DNA from: Candidatus Kerfeldbacteria bacterium
GTDB lineage: Bacteria > Patescibacteriota > Patescibacteriia > SBBC01
Assembly (NCBI GenBank): GCA_043799405.1
Contig: JAZDNT010000003.1
Span: 399,461-463,460, forward strand
Length of the DNA stretch: 64,000 bases
Direction of reading: 5' to 3'
Of the stretch, positions 20,089 through 30,881 are shown one piece after another. The notes beneath the pieces are model-generated. The model ran no database searches, was not told the DNA's origin, and worked only from the letters and a program-made list of their open reading frames with translations. The first letter of the stretch is position 1, and every line of letters begins with the position of its first letter. A program made the position numbers and the translations under genes.

Positions 20089-21368
20089 AATGGTGGTTCG
20101 ATGACGGTGATCGGCGTCAGCTGATCCTTGTTCATCCGCACGCTCTTCAACAGGAATAATAGCAAAAATACGATTGCAGTAAAAGTGGCCGCCATCACGT
20201 ACATCAGGAATTGCACGGTATGCGGACCCATCGTGAATGCCAAGGGAATCACGAAACATCCGCTAAGCAGGGGAAACAGGAAACGCCTGGACGGCGTCGC
20301 GAGAAAATACGTTACCAGGATATGGATCACGGAATACAGTCCGAACACGACGCCGGTCAGCCACAGTACTGATGAGAAGTTCAAGTACCGCGAGCCGAAC
20401 AACACTCGGATGATGAATGGGCTGAACAGCGCGAAAAGTGCGACTGCGCTGATGGTAATGAGCACAATGGCGGAAAGGGCTTTTGCAATGATCGACCTCG
20501 ACGATTCGTTCTTCGCGTGTCTGGAAAGCACCATCGGAAATAACACGAGCGCCAACGATCCGCCGAAAAAGAATACCGCCTTCCCTAACAACGAGATGGT
20601 GCCGTACTGACCAGCGAGGTCGGGAGCTAGGTAGCGCTTGGCAATGAAGAGGTCGATGTTGAGCAGAATCGCAAGACCAATATTCGCTAGCAGCGCGTAG
20701 GATCCTCGACGGAGCAACTCCGGTGTTGAGGGGGGCGCCGTGAGGGCGGTACGCGGAAAACTCCGCAAGCGCGCCCAGAGAAACGCAACGTACACCATGA
20801 CGATCGAACCGACGCCAAGAAGCCCGACAATACCAAGGAGCCGGAATCCGATGATCATTGCAATCGCGACTCCGATCAACTTAATTGCCGGACCCAAGAG
20901 GTTAATCACCGAAAGCCTCATGAACTGCTGGCGCCCTTGGATGACGCCTTGCACGACCGGATAGATGAAGGCGGTCGGTATCGAAATGCCAAGTAGTACT
21001 AACGTGATACCGCTCGAGAAATGGAAAAAGTGTTGTATCAGCGGCGTCAGCATGAAAAACACCACGAAAAGTGCGGCGCCGGCGATCCATGCCTGCCGAT
21101 ACATTCTTTTGACGAAATAACCCGATGCTCTTTCGTCACCCACTGCGGTATAGCGGGATACGAATTGCGTGGTCAAGATGGAGTTTGTATTCGCAGGAAT
21201 TGCAATAACGTTCAACACAGCGAACATGGTCAAGAGCTCTCCGTACTGCGCAGTCGTGAGCAACCGTGCGACCAATGGGTTGTACAAATAATTCAACGCG
21301 CCGCCCACCAACGACGAGACCATGATGATCAGACTTTTCCTATATAGCGGGTCGCTAAACACATTCAT
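20085..21368 (-). CDS. Second Wzx-like polysaccharide flippase (MOP superfamily)
   Basis: About 427 aa and hydrophobic throughout. ...LVGGALNYLYNPLVARLLTTAQYGE is typical of the polysaccharide biosynthesis protein family. Confidence 0.7.
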   Translation of the reverse strand: MNVFSDPLYRKSLIIMVSSLVGGALNYLYNPLVARLLTTAQYGELLTMFAVLNVIAIPANTNSILTTQFVSRYTAVGDERASGYFVKRMYRQAWIAGAALFVVFFMLTPLIQHFFHFSSGITLVLLGISIPTAFIYPVVQGVIQGRQQFMRLSVINLLGPAIKLIGVAIAMIIGFRLLGIVGLLGVGSIVMVYVAFLWARLRSFPRTALTAPPSTPELLRRGSYALLANIGLAILLNIDLFIAKRYLAPDLAGQYGTISLLGKAVFFFGGSLALVLFPMVLSRHAKNESSRSIIAKALSAIVLITISAVALFALFSPFIIRVLFGSRYLNFSSVLWLTGVVFGLYSVIHILVTYFLATPSRRFLFPLLSGCFVIPLAFTMGPHTVQFLMYVMAATFTAIVFLLLFLLKSVRMNKDQLTPITVIEPPL

Positions 21369-21564
21369 GTGAATATAGCTGCAATTATAACTCAACCTGT
21401 ACGATCAGAATGTATGTCGTAAAACTACCATTCAACTTAAAATTATATGCAAAAAATGGGGTTGCGTCAATCGCTCCACGGCATCGATCACTAAGTTATA
21501 CAGGTGGCCTAATTCACGAATAATCAGTACAATAAAAATGACAGGGGCACAAAGCAACAACCCC

Positions 21565-21753
21565 ATGCACATCACCTTCATTACCACGTCTATCCACCAA
21601 AAAAAAGAGGGCGTTGAAAAACACGTCCTACCAGTCGCGTGCGAGTTAATGACGCGAGGGCATTCGATTTCAGTACTCGCGTTCCGCGTTCAGAACGTCA
21701 AGACGAAAGAGCTTATCGCTTCACTGCGATTGAAAGAACCCAGCACTTCATGA
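21565..21753 (+). pseudogene. N-terminal fragment of a GT4 glycosyltransferase (62 codons)
   Basis: MHITFITTSIHQKKEGVEKHVLPVACELMTRGHSISVLA matches the canonical GT4 N-terminus (beta1, G-rich loop, helix, GH.V.V). It ends in a TGA that overlaps the ATG of the complete GT4 gene that follows. Confidence 0.45.
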
Positions 21754-22952
21754 AAATTGCCGTCTACTACAATTTAGGACCCGGCGGCGGAAAAAAGGCA
21801 CTATATTTTATTATCCAAGGAATCCTGAAAAATAACCACACCGTTGATGTCTATACGACATCGTTAGCTGAGCACGAATTCTATGACTTACGGCCGTTAG
21901 TGCGGACCTACATTATTGAGCAAGTGAGCGGCGTTAAAATAATTCCCAGTCACGGACCACTAAAGGTGCTACGAACCATTCGTCACTTATTACCAACTGA
22001 AAAGGCAATCGCAAAAAAAATTCATGCCGGACAATATGATGTGGCGCTAGTTACCAATTGTCGTTTTACCCAACATCCGCAATTACTACGACTCCTACAT
22101 ATTCCAGTCGTACTCTACTCGCAAGAAGTGCTCCGCGGATATTATGAAAAAACTTTGTTACAGAATCTAGGAAGCGCTGGCGAACCGTCGCGTATGAGAA
22201 GTATTCGCTGGAAAACTTTTATCATCTCTTACTTACTCAATACCTGGGCACGCATCGATCGCCAAAATATTCTCTCGGTGTCTCCAGAGCATATTCTTGT
22301 TAACTCGTTTTTTTCCCGCGAGAATTTTATGCGCGCCTATGGTATTACTCCAACGACCTGCTACCTCGGAGTCGAGCGCCAGCAAAGCCGACCGAAAACA
22401 AGAACGGAGCGAAATAATTATATTTTAAGCGTCGGTGGATTTGAACCTACGAAGGGTCATGACTGGGTTATCCGGGCCCTAACAAAAATTCATCCGGATC
22501 TTCGACCCCATCTGGAAATCGTTGGTGATCGTGGATCGAAACAGTACCAAAAGATATTATGCGACCTCTCGGCACAATACGGAGTCACAACTGTTTTTCA
22601 TCAAAATATTCCTGATGCTGGCATACAAGATCTCTATGCGCGTGCGCTCATGGTAGTATGTGCACAGTGGATGGAGCCATTTGGCTTTGTACCGATAGAA
22701 GCTCAATCATTCGGCACCCCGGTAATAGCAGTTCGTGAGGGCGGCCTTCGAGAAACAGTAATCGATCATCACGGTGGTCTTTTGTGTAATCGGGATGTCG
22801 ATGACATGGCTGAAGCAATCTCCCGTCTACTCGAGAATGAGAAATTATGGGCCAAGTTATCAAAAAACGGTCCTGATTTCGTTCAAGAGCGTTTCTCTTG
22901 GGACCAAACCGCCGAGCGTATTGAAGCCTTGTTACGATCAGCCCATGAATGA
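21750..22952 (+). CDS. GT4 glycosyltransferase
   Basis: MKIAVYYNLGPGGGKK N-terminus. The C-terminal EPFGFVPIEAQSFGTPVIAVREGGLRETV matches the E..G....EA...G.PV GT4 signature. Confidence 0.8.
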   Translation: MKIAVYYNLGPGGGKKALYFIIQGILKNNHTVDVYTTSLAEHEFYDLRPLVRTYIIEQVSGVKIIPSHGPLKVLRTIRHLLPTEKAIAKKIHAGQYDVALVTNCRFTQHPQLLRLLHIPVVLYSQEVLRGYYEKTLLQNLGSAGEPSRMRSIRWKTFIISYLLNTWARIDRQNILSVSPEHILVNSFFSRENFMRAYGITPTTCYLGVERQQSRPKTRTERNNYILSVGGFEPTKGHDWVIRALTKIHPDLRPHLEIVGDRGSKQYQKILCDLSAQYGVTTVFHQNIPDAGIQDLYARALMVVCAQWMEPFGFVPIEAQSFGTPVIAVREGGLRETVIDHHGGLLCNRDVDDMAEAISRLLENEKLWAKLSKNGPDFVQERFSWDQTAERIEALLRSAHE

Positions 22953-23862
22953 TACCGAAACCAAAATCGGGGTAATTATACTGAATTGGAATGCGGCGGC
23001 TCAAACTATGACCTGCATACGCAACCTTGACCTGCCACAAAAATTGTCAACACACATTTTTATTATTGATAACGGTTCCAATGAGAACGATAAAGTGTTC
23101 CTACAGGCCGTGGAATCCAAGACCGTATCAGTAATATATCTCCAGCAAAATATGGGTTTTTCTGGCGGAATGAATGTAGGTTTACGTGCGGCAGATCAAG
23201 CCGGCTGTGATTGGGTTCTGTTGTTGAATAACGATGCTCAGCTACAACCTCGAGGTCTTGAGACGCTTGTCACTGAAGCTATCAATACACAGCTTGATAT
23301 AATATCTGCCCGTCTTTGGCTAACAAAAGAGGGTCAAAAAATTCAAACTATTGGCGACAAACTCGGATGGTATCTTGGAACAACGCACACCGAATTCAAT
23401 GGAAAAAAAGATACTGGCCAACAAATTCCTTCTGCAACAATTGATTTTGTTACCGCAGCGGCGGTACTGGTCAAACTGTCAACAATCAAACAATTGAATT
23501 TTTTTGACGATAATTTTTTCACGTATTGGGAGGATGTGGATTTATGTCTTCGCGCCAAAAAATTTGGGTTTTCGATTGGTGTCAGTAACAACGTGGTAGC
23601 CTATCATTCCCCGGGCCAATCAACTCATAATAAACCATATTTTCGAATTTATCTTTTTCAACGAGCTCGTATAATTTTCTTTAAAAAACACTTAGGACGT
23701 CGGCTATGGTTTCGCCTGCCACTATTTATAATCGCAGATTTTTTTGCTCTTCGTTATTTATGGCGAATATACTTTAAAAATGGAAAATTTTTTCAAGTAC
23801 ATTACTGGGGAATAATCGATGGCTTACGCAGTAAACGCGTCAGAAATGCGAATTGGTCTTGA
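22945..23862 (+). CDS. GT2 glycosyltransferase (rhamnosyltransferase-like)
   Basis: IGVIILNWNAAAQT, IIDNGSNEND, LLLNNDA and YWEDVDLCLRAKKFG motifs are seen. The start overlaps the upstream stop by 8 nt. Confidence 0.8.
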   Translation: MNDTETKIGVIILNWNAAAQTMTCIRNLDLPQKLSTHIFIIDNGSNENDKVFLQAVESKTVSVIYLQQNMGFSGGMNVGLRAADQAGCDWVLLLNNDAQLQPRGLETLVTEAINTQLDIISARLWLTKEGQKIQTIGDKLGWYLGTTHTEFNGKKDTGQQIPSATIDFVTAAAVLVKLSTIKQLNFFDDNFFTYWEDVDLCLRAKKFGFSIGVSNNVVAYHSPGQSTHNKPYFRIYLFQRARIIFFKKHLGRRLWFRLPLFIIADFFALRYLWRIYFKNGKFFQVHYWGIIDGLRSKRVRNANWS

Positions 23863-24958
23863 TGCACGTCCAATCTTTACGAGCGAAATAACTGGTATCG
23901 GCACGTACGTACTGAAACTGGTCCAATACCTCCAGCGTCACGGGGTTCGGTTAACGCTTTTCACAAATTCGATTGATGAGGCGCCGGCAGATCTTGACCT
24001 TTCGCAAATCACCGTTGTCCATGCTCCCGGACGTCGGTATGCATGGGAAGTTCGGAGCTTACCCCGACTCATCCGGCAACATCCTATTGATCTTTACCAT
24101 GCGACGTGGAATTTCGGTATTCCAAAAACAAGAATTCCTACTTTATTGTCACTCTTCGACGTCATCCCTCTCGTATTACAAGAACACTATGCAACCTCAC
24201 TGTCGTCCCGAATCGAACTTGCGGTCTATCGCCATTTCGTCGGGCAATCAATCCGAAGAGCTACCGAAGTTGTCACAATCTCTAATGCCTCGCGGTCAGA
24301 CATACTGCGTTTCTTTCCTTCGGCAACATCGAAGTTGAATGTGATCCCGCTCGCGGCAGATCCGCCAGCAACCTCAGACGACTTGAGTAAACCCGCGGAA
24401 GCCCCTGACGGAATGTACCTTCTATACTTCGGCGGGTTTGAAAAAAGAAAAAATGTTGAAACGTTACTTTCAATATTTCCGGAAGTACGCAGGCGTTTCC
24501 CCGACGCTAATCTCGTGCTCATCGGTAAAAAGAACCGATACTACCGAGATAACCTGCAACGATACGAGCATATATCGGGAGTGACATTTACAGACTACCT
24601 CAATCGTACGGTACTCAACGCGCTCATCAAACACGCCACGATTGTACTATATCCGTCCCGCTATGAAGGATTCGGTCTGCCTGTGCTCGAAGCGATGCAA
24701 TTCGGCACTCCCGTTATCACTAGCAACGTATCGTCCCTCACAGAAATTGCCCGCGGTGCCGCCGAACTCATCGATCCGTATAGTCCCGAGCAGCTCATTA
24801 ATGCAATCGTAAAATTACTTTCGGATAAACAACTGCGCCAACAGCTCGGCGAACAAGGAAAGCGTCGGGCTCACGACTACTCCTGGGAAAAAACAATTAA
24901 TTCGACATTTTCCATATACGAACGTATGGTGGGGAAAGATGTATGGACACGAAAGTAA
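23846..24958 (+). CDS. GT4 glycosyltransferase
   Basis: MRIGLDARP start and the PSRYEGFGLPVLEAMQFGTPVITSNVSSLTEI signature. An alternative start is at 23819. Confidence 0.8.
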   Translation: MRIGLDARPIFTSEITGIGTYVLKLVQYLQRHGVRLTLFTNSIDEAPADLDLSQITVVHAPGRRYAWEVRSLPRLIRQHPIDLYHATWNFGIPKTRIPTLLSLFDVIPLVLQEHYATSLSSRIELAVYRHFVGQSIRRATEVVTISNASRSDILRFFPSATSKLNVIPLAADPPATSDDLSKPAEAPDGMYLLYFGGFEKRKNVETLLSIFPEVRRRFPDANLVLIGKKNRYYRDNLQRYEHISGVTFTDYLNRTVLNALIKHATIVLYPSRYEGFGLPVLEAMQFGTPVITSNVSSLTEIARGAAELIDPYSPEQLINAIVKLLSDKQLRQQLGEQGKRRAHDYSWEKTINSTFSIYERMVGKDVWTRK

Positions 24959-25884
24959 GCGTCATCACCACGGTCCTCAATGAGGCCGAAACAATCGATG
25001 CCTTTCTCGGTAGCATCCTCAAACAAACCATGCTTCCAGACGAAATGGTCGTTGTCGACGGAGGATCGACCGATCCGACGGTTGTACGCTTGCGTGAATT
25101 TACGCAACATCATCCCGAGATCAATCTCCGCATCGAAGTAGCCGAAGGGAATCGTTCGGTCGGAAGGAACGCCGCAATCTCCCTAGCCCGAAATGACATC
25201 ATCGCAGTGACTGATGCAGGCAACACCCTTGACCAAAAATGGCTACGTGCGATTACTGAACCATTCCGTACGGATCCGAACGTTGATTTTGTCGGCGGCT
25301 GGTACCAACCGACGGTCAAGACTGTATGGGACCAGTCGCTCGCCATGGTTTTCGGGTTCAGGGCGGATCGGGTAGATACAACAACGTTCCTGCCGTCGAC
25401 CCGCTCCATGGCGTTCAAAAAAACGCTCTGGCAAACCGTCGGGGGGTTCGACGTGACCAACTCCCACTCAGAAGACACGCCGTTCTCAATCGCTATGAGA
25501 AAAGCCGGGAAGAAATTCGCGTTCGCTCCTGATGCCGTCGTCTACTGGCACATGGCTGATGGATACGGACGGCTCTACAGAACGTTCGATCGCTACGCGC
25601 TCGGCGATGGGCAGATGAGATTATGGATGTCCCAATACATTATAGTCCTAACCGGCCTTGCGATCGAACTCACGCTTTTTATCACGGGATTCTTTTTCAC
25701 TTACATTTTGTGGCTTATCGGCATTGCCGGAGCTATCGTGTATCTGTATCTTCCATTACTAAAAACTGGGTACCACAAAAACGCACGGAGCTGGTACCAA
25801 GTTCCACTCATGAAACTTATACTCGTCTGCGGCAACGCTCATGGGTTCGTCCGCGGATTGCTAGAAAAAAGGAAGACCGCATGA
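24943..25884 (+). CDS. GT2 glycosyltransferase with C-terminal membrane helices
   Basis: VSVITTVLNEAETI, VVVDGGSTDPT, AVTDAG and SEDTPF motifs, with two TM segments near the C-terminus. Confidence 0.8.
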   Translation: MDTKVSVITTVLNEAETIDAFLGSILKQTMLPDEMVVVDGGSTDPTVVRLREFTQHHPEINLRIEVAEGNRSVGRNAAISLARNDIIAVTDAGNTLDQKWLRAITEPFRTDPNVDFVGGWYQPTVKTVWDQSLAMVFGFRADRVDTTTFLPSTRSMAFKKTLWQTVGGFDVTNSHSEDTPFSIAMRKAGKKFAFAPDAVVYWHMADGYGRLYRTFDRYALGDGQMRLWMSQYIIVLTGLAIELTLFITGFFFTYILWLIGIAGAIVYLYLPLLKTGYHKNARSWYQVPLMKLILVCGNAHGFVRGLLEKRKTA

Positions 25885-26966
25885 ACGTCCTCTTCATCAT
25901 CAGGTCGTCCATCGAACAGCTGTCGGGTGGTGACAAGATACAGATAATCGGCACGAAACAGGCGCTTGAAAAGCTTGGCGTGACGGTGACGATCTCGAGC
26001 GAGGCGGCACCCGACTTTAGCGGTATCGACATTGTCCACGCATTCAACCCATCTCAGCTATCAGCAGTGCCGCTTCGTGCAGCACATGCCGCCGGCATCC
26101 CGGTTGTCATCTCGACCATCCACTGGGATATGCGCACATACTATCGCGCCATGTTCGCGGTGAATCGCGAGTACCTTTCGCTGAAACCGCCTCACTACGC
26201 ACGCCACTATGTCACATCCCAATTCAAGGCGCTGTTGTACAACTATTTCTGGAACCCCTACGTCCTCCGAAAACTGCGCAGCGTGTTTCATCTCGCTGAT
26301 CTTCTTCTACCAAACTCAAACGCGGAGGCGGACCTTCTCATTAACGATTTTTCCATTCCAAAAGACCGTATTGTGCCGGTCGTGAACGGTTTCGATGCCA
26401 CGATGGCGGAACGCGCGACCGCGGGGCGGTTTAAACGAGAACGTCACCTCGACGATTTTGTCCTCTGCGCCGGCCGCGTTGAATACCGGAAGAACCAGCT
26501 CGCACTGATCGAGGCGCTCATGCATGAACCGTACCCTCTTGTGTTCATCGGCCGGCCGTTCGATCGCGGGTACATGGCGCTCTGCACTACGCTTGGCGAG
26601 CGGCGGGGGAACACCGTGTTCATCGACCACATGGACCAGCAGCAGCTCTACGGCGCGTACCGCGATGCGCGCGTCCATGCGCTCGTGAGCTGGTACGAAA
26701 CGCCGGGCCTTTCATCGCTCGAGGCTGGCGCCGCCGGAACCAACCTTGTGGTAACACGCGGGGGGTGCACGGAAGAGTATTTCGGTACGGACGCCGTCTA
26801 CTGCGAACCGGACGATGCCACCAGCATCAACAACGCGGTATGTAAAGCGTGGGATATGCCAAAATCCGATGCGTTGCGGAAACGGGTCGCCGAGAAATAT
26901 TCCTGGGATGAGGCCGGACGACAGACGCTAGCGGCGTACCGAAGGGTGAAGACCGCGCAGCAATAG
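25881..26966 (+). CDS. GT4-like glycosyltransferase
   Basis: ATGA overlap with the upstream stop. MNVLFIIRSS...GGDKIQI N-terminus and C-terminal SWYETPGLSSLEAGAAGTNLVVT. The track ORF start at 25623 is rejected. Confidence 0.75.
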   Translation: MNVLFIIRSSIEQLSGGDKIQIIGTKQALEKLGVTVTISSEAAPDFSGIDIVHAFNPSQLSAVPLRAAHAAGIPVVISTIHWDMRTYYRAMFAVNREYLSLKPPHYARHYVTSQFKALLYNYFWNPYVLRKLRSVFHLADLLLPNSNAEADLLINDFSIPKDRIVPVVNGFDATMAERATAGRFKRERHLDDFVLCAGRVEYRKNQLALIEALMHEPYPLVFIGRPFDRGYMALCTTLGERRGNTVFIDHMDQQQLYGAYRDARVHALVSWYETPGLSSLEAGAAGTNLVVTRGGCTEEYFGTDAVYCEPDDATSINNAVCKAWDMPKSDALRKRVAEKYSWDEAGRQTLAAYRRVKTAQQ

Positions 26967-27191
26967 CCACCAGTACCACACGGTCAGCGGTATGCCGGTC
27001 GCCAGCGAAAACATGATATTCCGTTCGGTCGACAGATGGAGCACGTCCTGCGCAAAGAACTGCACCGTCTTCACCGGCAGGAACATCGCCCACATGAACG
27101 CGCGAGCGGACGCTCCGTAGTAAAGCCCGACAACCCCGACGAGGAACGCCGCGCCGATGATGATCGGTCCAGTTGCCTTAAAGGACTTCAT
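26928..27191 (-). CDS. Small three-TM membrane protein (87 aa)
   Basis: MKSFKATGPIIIGAAFLVGVVGLYYG... is hydrophobic. The start overlaps the upstream membrane protein stop by 14 nt, and the 3' end overlaps the convergent GT4 gene by 39 nt. Confidence 0.4.
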   Translation of the reverse strand: MKSFKATGPIIIGAAFLVGVVGLYYGASARAFMWAMFLPVKTVQFFAQDVLHLSTERNIMFSLATGIPLTVWYWWLLLRGLHPSVRR

Positions 27192-28683
27192 AGAGCGACG
27201 CCTCGTTGATGCGATGGACTTCCTTGAAATATTTCGTATCATTGAATTTTGCGCGTGAATAACCTGTTCCGTATCGTGCAAAGCTCGCGTCCCAGTACAC
27301 GTACTGCACGCCGAGCGCCTTCGCACGCGCCGCGGCATCCGCTGCGGACGTCGTCACGAACAGCGTACCTACCTGCCCGGCAAGCTGGTATCGAGCATCA
27401 CGACTATCACCACCGACAGCGGTATCCATAACGACTGCGCGCTCGGCGATCGCCGGAAGATAATATCCCCACTTGAACGTGGCCGCGATCACCGACGTCT
27501 TCGGCGTGTTGCCCGCAATCCACTGGTACATCGACACGTCATCGTCGAGGATGACCGACGCGGGGTTCTTCTCCTGGCCGGTGATCCAAAGCCCAAGTCC
27601 TCGAACGTGGAGCACCTGGGGAACGACCATGAATGCCCACATGGCGATGACAAGCGACGGTACGATCAGTCGATTGCCTGAACGGCGCCCCAGCTGAACA
27701 ACGCTGTGGACGAAGACGGCGAAGAGGATCGCGACGCCCTGCATGAAGTACACGTTGAAACGGAAGGGATAGAACATCGATCCGAGGTACGCCGACTGCG
27801 AGAGCATGAACGCGATCGCGAGGTAGGCGAACAATTCGAACCGAAACCGCCGTACCAAGAATATGATCGTGCCAATGCCGACGGCCACGAGCGCGATGGT
27901 CGGCGTTCCCTCTCCGGTCGACAGCATCGGTCGGATACCATACTGTATAGCGTTTGCCGCGAAATACGCGGGACGCAGCGCGAAGACCGTCCCGAATCCC
28001 GCCGTCACAACGACAAGGGCTATCGCGCGCCACTTCGCGCCCCACCGCTGTCCGACCGCATAGACGGACGTGACGGCAACGTACAGCAGGGCGACAAGAA
28101 ACCCGAGTTCGTGGGTCTTTACCAGCATGCCGGTCAACCCGAGCGAGAGCACCAACCAGCGATCATTCCGCGTCGCGATCCATCGGTACTGCGCGTAGAG
28201 TACCCAGCTCACCAACAGCAGACCCGTCATCTGCTCATAGCTGCCCTCGAAGAAGTTCTCAAGGTAGAACTTCGAGAACGCGAGGTACGCGATCGCGAGG
28301 ATGGCTACCGGTCTCGATTTCAGCCAGTCCGCGACGAGAAGGTAGAGGGGGATGAGCGCGAGCGCGATACAGAGCGCCGCGAACGCAATGGTCATCCGAA
28401 ACACGTCTGTATACCCCGACAGGGTCCCGAACGCCGCAAGAAAGACCGGCGTAACGAACCGCTCAGAACCCCACAGTTGTCCCAGTTGGGGAAAGAACGG
28501 CATCGTGAATCGGATGTTCCGTTCGAGCATGAGATATTTTACAACAGACGTATGGTAACCCGGATCATCGCCTGCCGGATACGGTGAAATCGTAAACAGA
28601 AAAACAGCAAGCCCACCGACAATCATGATAAGCATAAGCACTGCGGCTGCTTTGCGTACTGTGGGGTGTTGAACGCTGATCAT
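27178..28683 (-). CDS. Polytopic GT-C/ArnT-like membrane protein with a C-terminal soluble domain
   Basis: 501 aa with about 12 TM segments followed by a ~110-aa soluble tail. It sits within the glycosyltransferase operon. All internal overlapping ORFs on both strands are R/P-rich and are rejected. Confidence 0.6.
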   Translation of the reverse strand: MISVQHPTVRKAAAVLMLIMIVGGLAVFLFTISPYPAGDDPGYHTSVVKYLMLERNIRFTMPFFPQLGQLWGSERFVTPVFLAAFGTLSGYTDVFRMTIAFAALCIALALIPLYLLVADWLKSRPVAILAIAYLAFSKFYLENFFEGSYEQMTGLLLVSWVLYAQYRWIATRNDRWLVLSLGLTGMLVKTHELGFLVALLYVAVTSVYAVGQRWGAKWRAIALVVVTAGFGTVFALRPAYFAANAIQYGIRPMLSTGEGTPTIALVAVGIGTIIFLVRRFRFELFAYLAIAFMLSQSAYLGSMFYPFRFNVYFMQGVAILFAVFVHSVVQLGRRSGNRLIVPSLVIAMWAFMVVPQVLHVRGLGLWITGQEKNPASVILDDDVSMYQWIAGNTPKTSVIAATFKWGYYLPAIAERAVVMDTAVGGDSRDARYQLAGQVGTLFVTTSAADAAARAKALGVQYVYWDASFARYGTGYSRAKFNDTKYFKEVHRINEASLYEVL

Positions 28684-28686
28684 AGA

Positions 28687-29712
28687 TTAGGCCGAACGGG
28701 ATGATAGTGCGTGTTCGAGCGCACGCGCGAACGCATGTACGTCCTTTACCGGCACCAGTTGTGCCCTCTCATCAACGATCTCCCTGTGCGGTCCGATATC
28801 GAATGCCACTACCATCGTACCACACGCCTGAGCCTCGGCGATGGGCATATCGAATCCTTCCCAGAGCGTCGCGGTTGCATACACGTCTGCGGCCGCGTAG
28901 TACTGCGGTAATTGGTCTTCCGGCACAAATCCGACGAAACGGACGCCGTCCCCGGCTTCGCGCTCGAGGCGTTCAGCGTACGCCCTGAAGGTCGGTTTGC
29001 CTGCGATGAGTAACCGGGCTCGGGGGATGCCTCTCCTCGCCTCCTGAAACGCGCGGATGAGAAGGTCAACGCCTTTATGAGGGCTTATGCGGCCGATGTA
29101 CACGACGAGCGGATCTGCGCCAATACCATACTTCTTCCTTACCAGCGTACCATCAATACCGCTGTGGTATGCCTCCCGGTTAATCGAAATGTGCTCGACC
29201 TCGCTGTCCTTTCGGATCTCCTGTTTCAGGACATCAGCAAGGTAGCGGCTGATCGATACGACGCGGTCTGCGGGACGTATCGTCATATTCGAGAGCCAGC
29301 GGAACAGCGTAATGTAAACTTTTTCGAACACCGATGGAAACGTCGAGGTCGGTGGCACTCCGTAATTGTGGGTCCAGTAAACTATTCCGTAACGCCGCTT
29401 TGCAAGCCAGCCGACGATCGTCATAGGATAAAAATGGGCATACACGATCTCGTAGGTCCGCACTGCGCGCGCCATCCGGAAAACTTTTACAATGTCAAGA
29501 AAAAACAGTAACCGATACACACGCTGAAGGAACAACGAGCGCGGCATGCCGAACTTCCGCACCTCAACACCCGGCACCACGATCGATCCGTCAAGGCAGA
29601 AGACGGCGACGTTATCGCCTTGGGCGGCAAATCGCTTCGCTTGCTCTTCGACGACACGGTCAATACCGCTGTAGTGGTGGAGCGTCGGCGTCAAGAGCAC
29701 AATGCGTTTCAT
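28687..29712 (-). CDS. GT4 glycosyltransferase
   Basis: MKRIVLLTPT start with an ATGA overlap to the upstream gene. ATLWEGFDMPIAEAQACGTMVVAFDIGPHREIV signature. Confidence 0.8.
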   Translation of the reverse strand: MKRIVLLTPTLHHYSGIDRVVEEQAKRFAAQGDNVAVFCLDGSIVVPGVEVRKFGMPRSLFLQRVYRLLFFLDIVKVFRMARAVRTYEIVYAHFYPMTIVGWLAKRRYGIVYWTHNYGVPPTSTFPSVFEKVYITLFRWLSNMTIRPADRVVSISRYLADVLKQEIRKDSEVEHISINREAYHSGIDGTLVRKKYGIGADPLVVYIGRISPHKGVDLLIRAFQEARRGIPRARLLIAGKPTFRAYAERLEREAGDGVRFVGFVPEDQLPQYYAAADVYATATLWEGFDMPIAEAQACGTMVVAFDIGPHREIVDERAQLVPVKDVHAFARALEHALSSRSA

Positions 29713-30842
29713 GCGGGTCTCTCTAAGAGCTTCCGATAGAGCGCTTCGTAGGCGGAAATGGCGGTTTCCCATTCAAATCGTTTCTGCGGGACTAATGCGC
29801 GTTGACCCTTAGCAATATCGATTACTGCACGTGCGATTCCCTTTGGATCTCCTGGCTCAAAAAAGTGAACGTCGCCCGAAGCGACCTCAGGAAGGGAGCC
29901 CGCCCTGCTCACGGCAACCGGCTTTCCCATTGCACAACTCTCCGCCGTTGTGAATCCGAACCCTTCCGAAATTGAAGGAACAACAACACAATCAACAACG
30001 CTTAACAGATTAGGAAGCTCGTTCCGGGGCAACGGATCAATGAGTTTCACCTTCTGACCAATGCCGAGCCGTCGTATGGTCTCTTCAATGGCCCGAAATG
30101 GTTGAACAGGATCACGCGATAGTAACAGTAGACAGTATGAACCGGGGATCGCCTGTGCAATTTCAGGGACGCTTTCGAGCAACGAATCAATGCCTTTTGC
30201 CCAGCCGGTCCTTCCGAAGTAGAGGTACAGGAAACCCGATCCAAGATTCAGTCGTTCCCGTTCCTTTGCGCCATCGTGCATCGTCGGGTCGAACAACTGA
30301 TAATCGATGCCGTGGTAGATCCTTTGAATGTTCTTTCCTGACCGGTGGACTGCCTGTATCGCCGAACGCGTAACGTCCGAAACGCCCACATAGGCATCGA
30401 ATGTCAGGCGAACTACGAAACGCTCGAACAGCCAGTGCAGCCACGCGGACAGCTTGTTCATACGAATGGCGCGGAACCAAAGGTCTCCCCAGATCTCATG
30501 CACGGTGATAAGGACCTTCTTGCGGAGCAGTTTTGCGGCAAGCCACGCCGGAAACGCGGCATTATAGGTAGTCGTATGGATCACGTCACACGACGAGGCG
30601 CGACGCCATATCGGGAACACCGCACAGAGAGTAAACCAATAACGAAGCCCGAGTCGCGGCAAGCGGATACGGTGAATAGCAACGCCGTTAAGTACCTCGT
30701 CCATCTTTGTTCCGGGTAGGCACGACGTAACAATCTCTACTTCAATTCCCTTCGCTGCAAGTCCTTCAGCGAGATGCTGAAAAAACGTCTCTACCCCACC
30801 GATGTGCGGAAAATAGTACTCTACAACAAACAGTATCTTCAT
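29709..30842 (-). CDS. GT4 glycosyltransferase
   Basis: MKILFVVEYYFPHIGGVETF N-terminus and PSISEGFGFTTAESCAMGKPVAVSRAGSLPEV signature. Confidence 0.85.
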   Translation of the reverse strand: MKILFVVEYYFPHIGGVETFFQHLAEGLAAKGIEVEIVTSCLPGTKMDEVLNGVAIHRIRLPRLGLRYWFTLCAVFPIWRRASSCDVIHTTTYNAAFPAWLAAKLLRKKVLITVHEIWGDLWFRAIRMNKLSAWLHWLFERFVVRLTFDAYVGVSDVTRSAIQAVHRSGKNIQRIYHGIDYQLFDPTMHDGAKERERLNLGSGFLYLYFGRTGWAKGIDSLLESVPEIAQAIPGSYCLLLLSRDPVQPFRAIEETIRRLGIGQKVKLIDPLPRNELPNLLSVVDCVVVPSISEGFGFTTAESCAMGKPVAVSRAGSLPEVASGDVHFFEPGDPKGIARAVIDIAKGQRALVPQKRFEWETAISAYEALYRKLLERPA

Positions 30843-30881
30843 TCTTGTATTGCTTGTATCATTCTCTCGTACTCGGTATGA

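Noticed and set aside
27539-28587. ORFs 27539-28045(-), 27666-27941(-), 27706-28587(+) and 27863-28063(+) inside the membrane protein gene 27178-28683
   Set aside because: They are alternative-frame or antisense ORFs with R/E/D/P-rich low-complexity translations. The 501-aa frame gives a coherent multi-TM protein.
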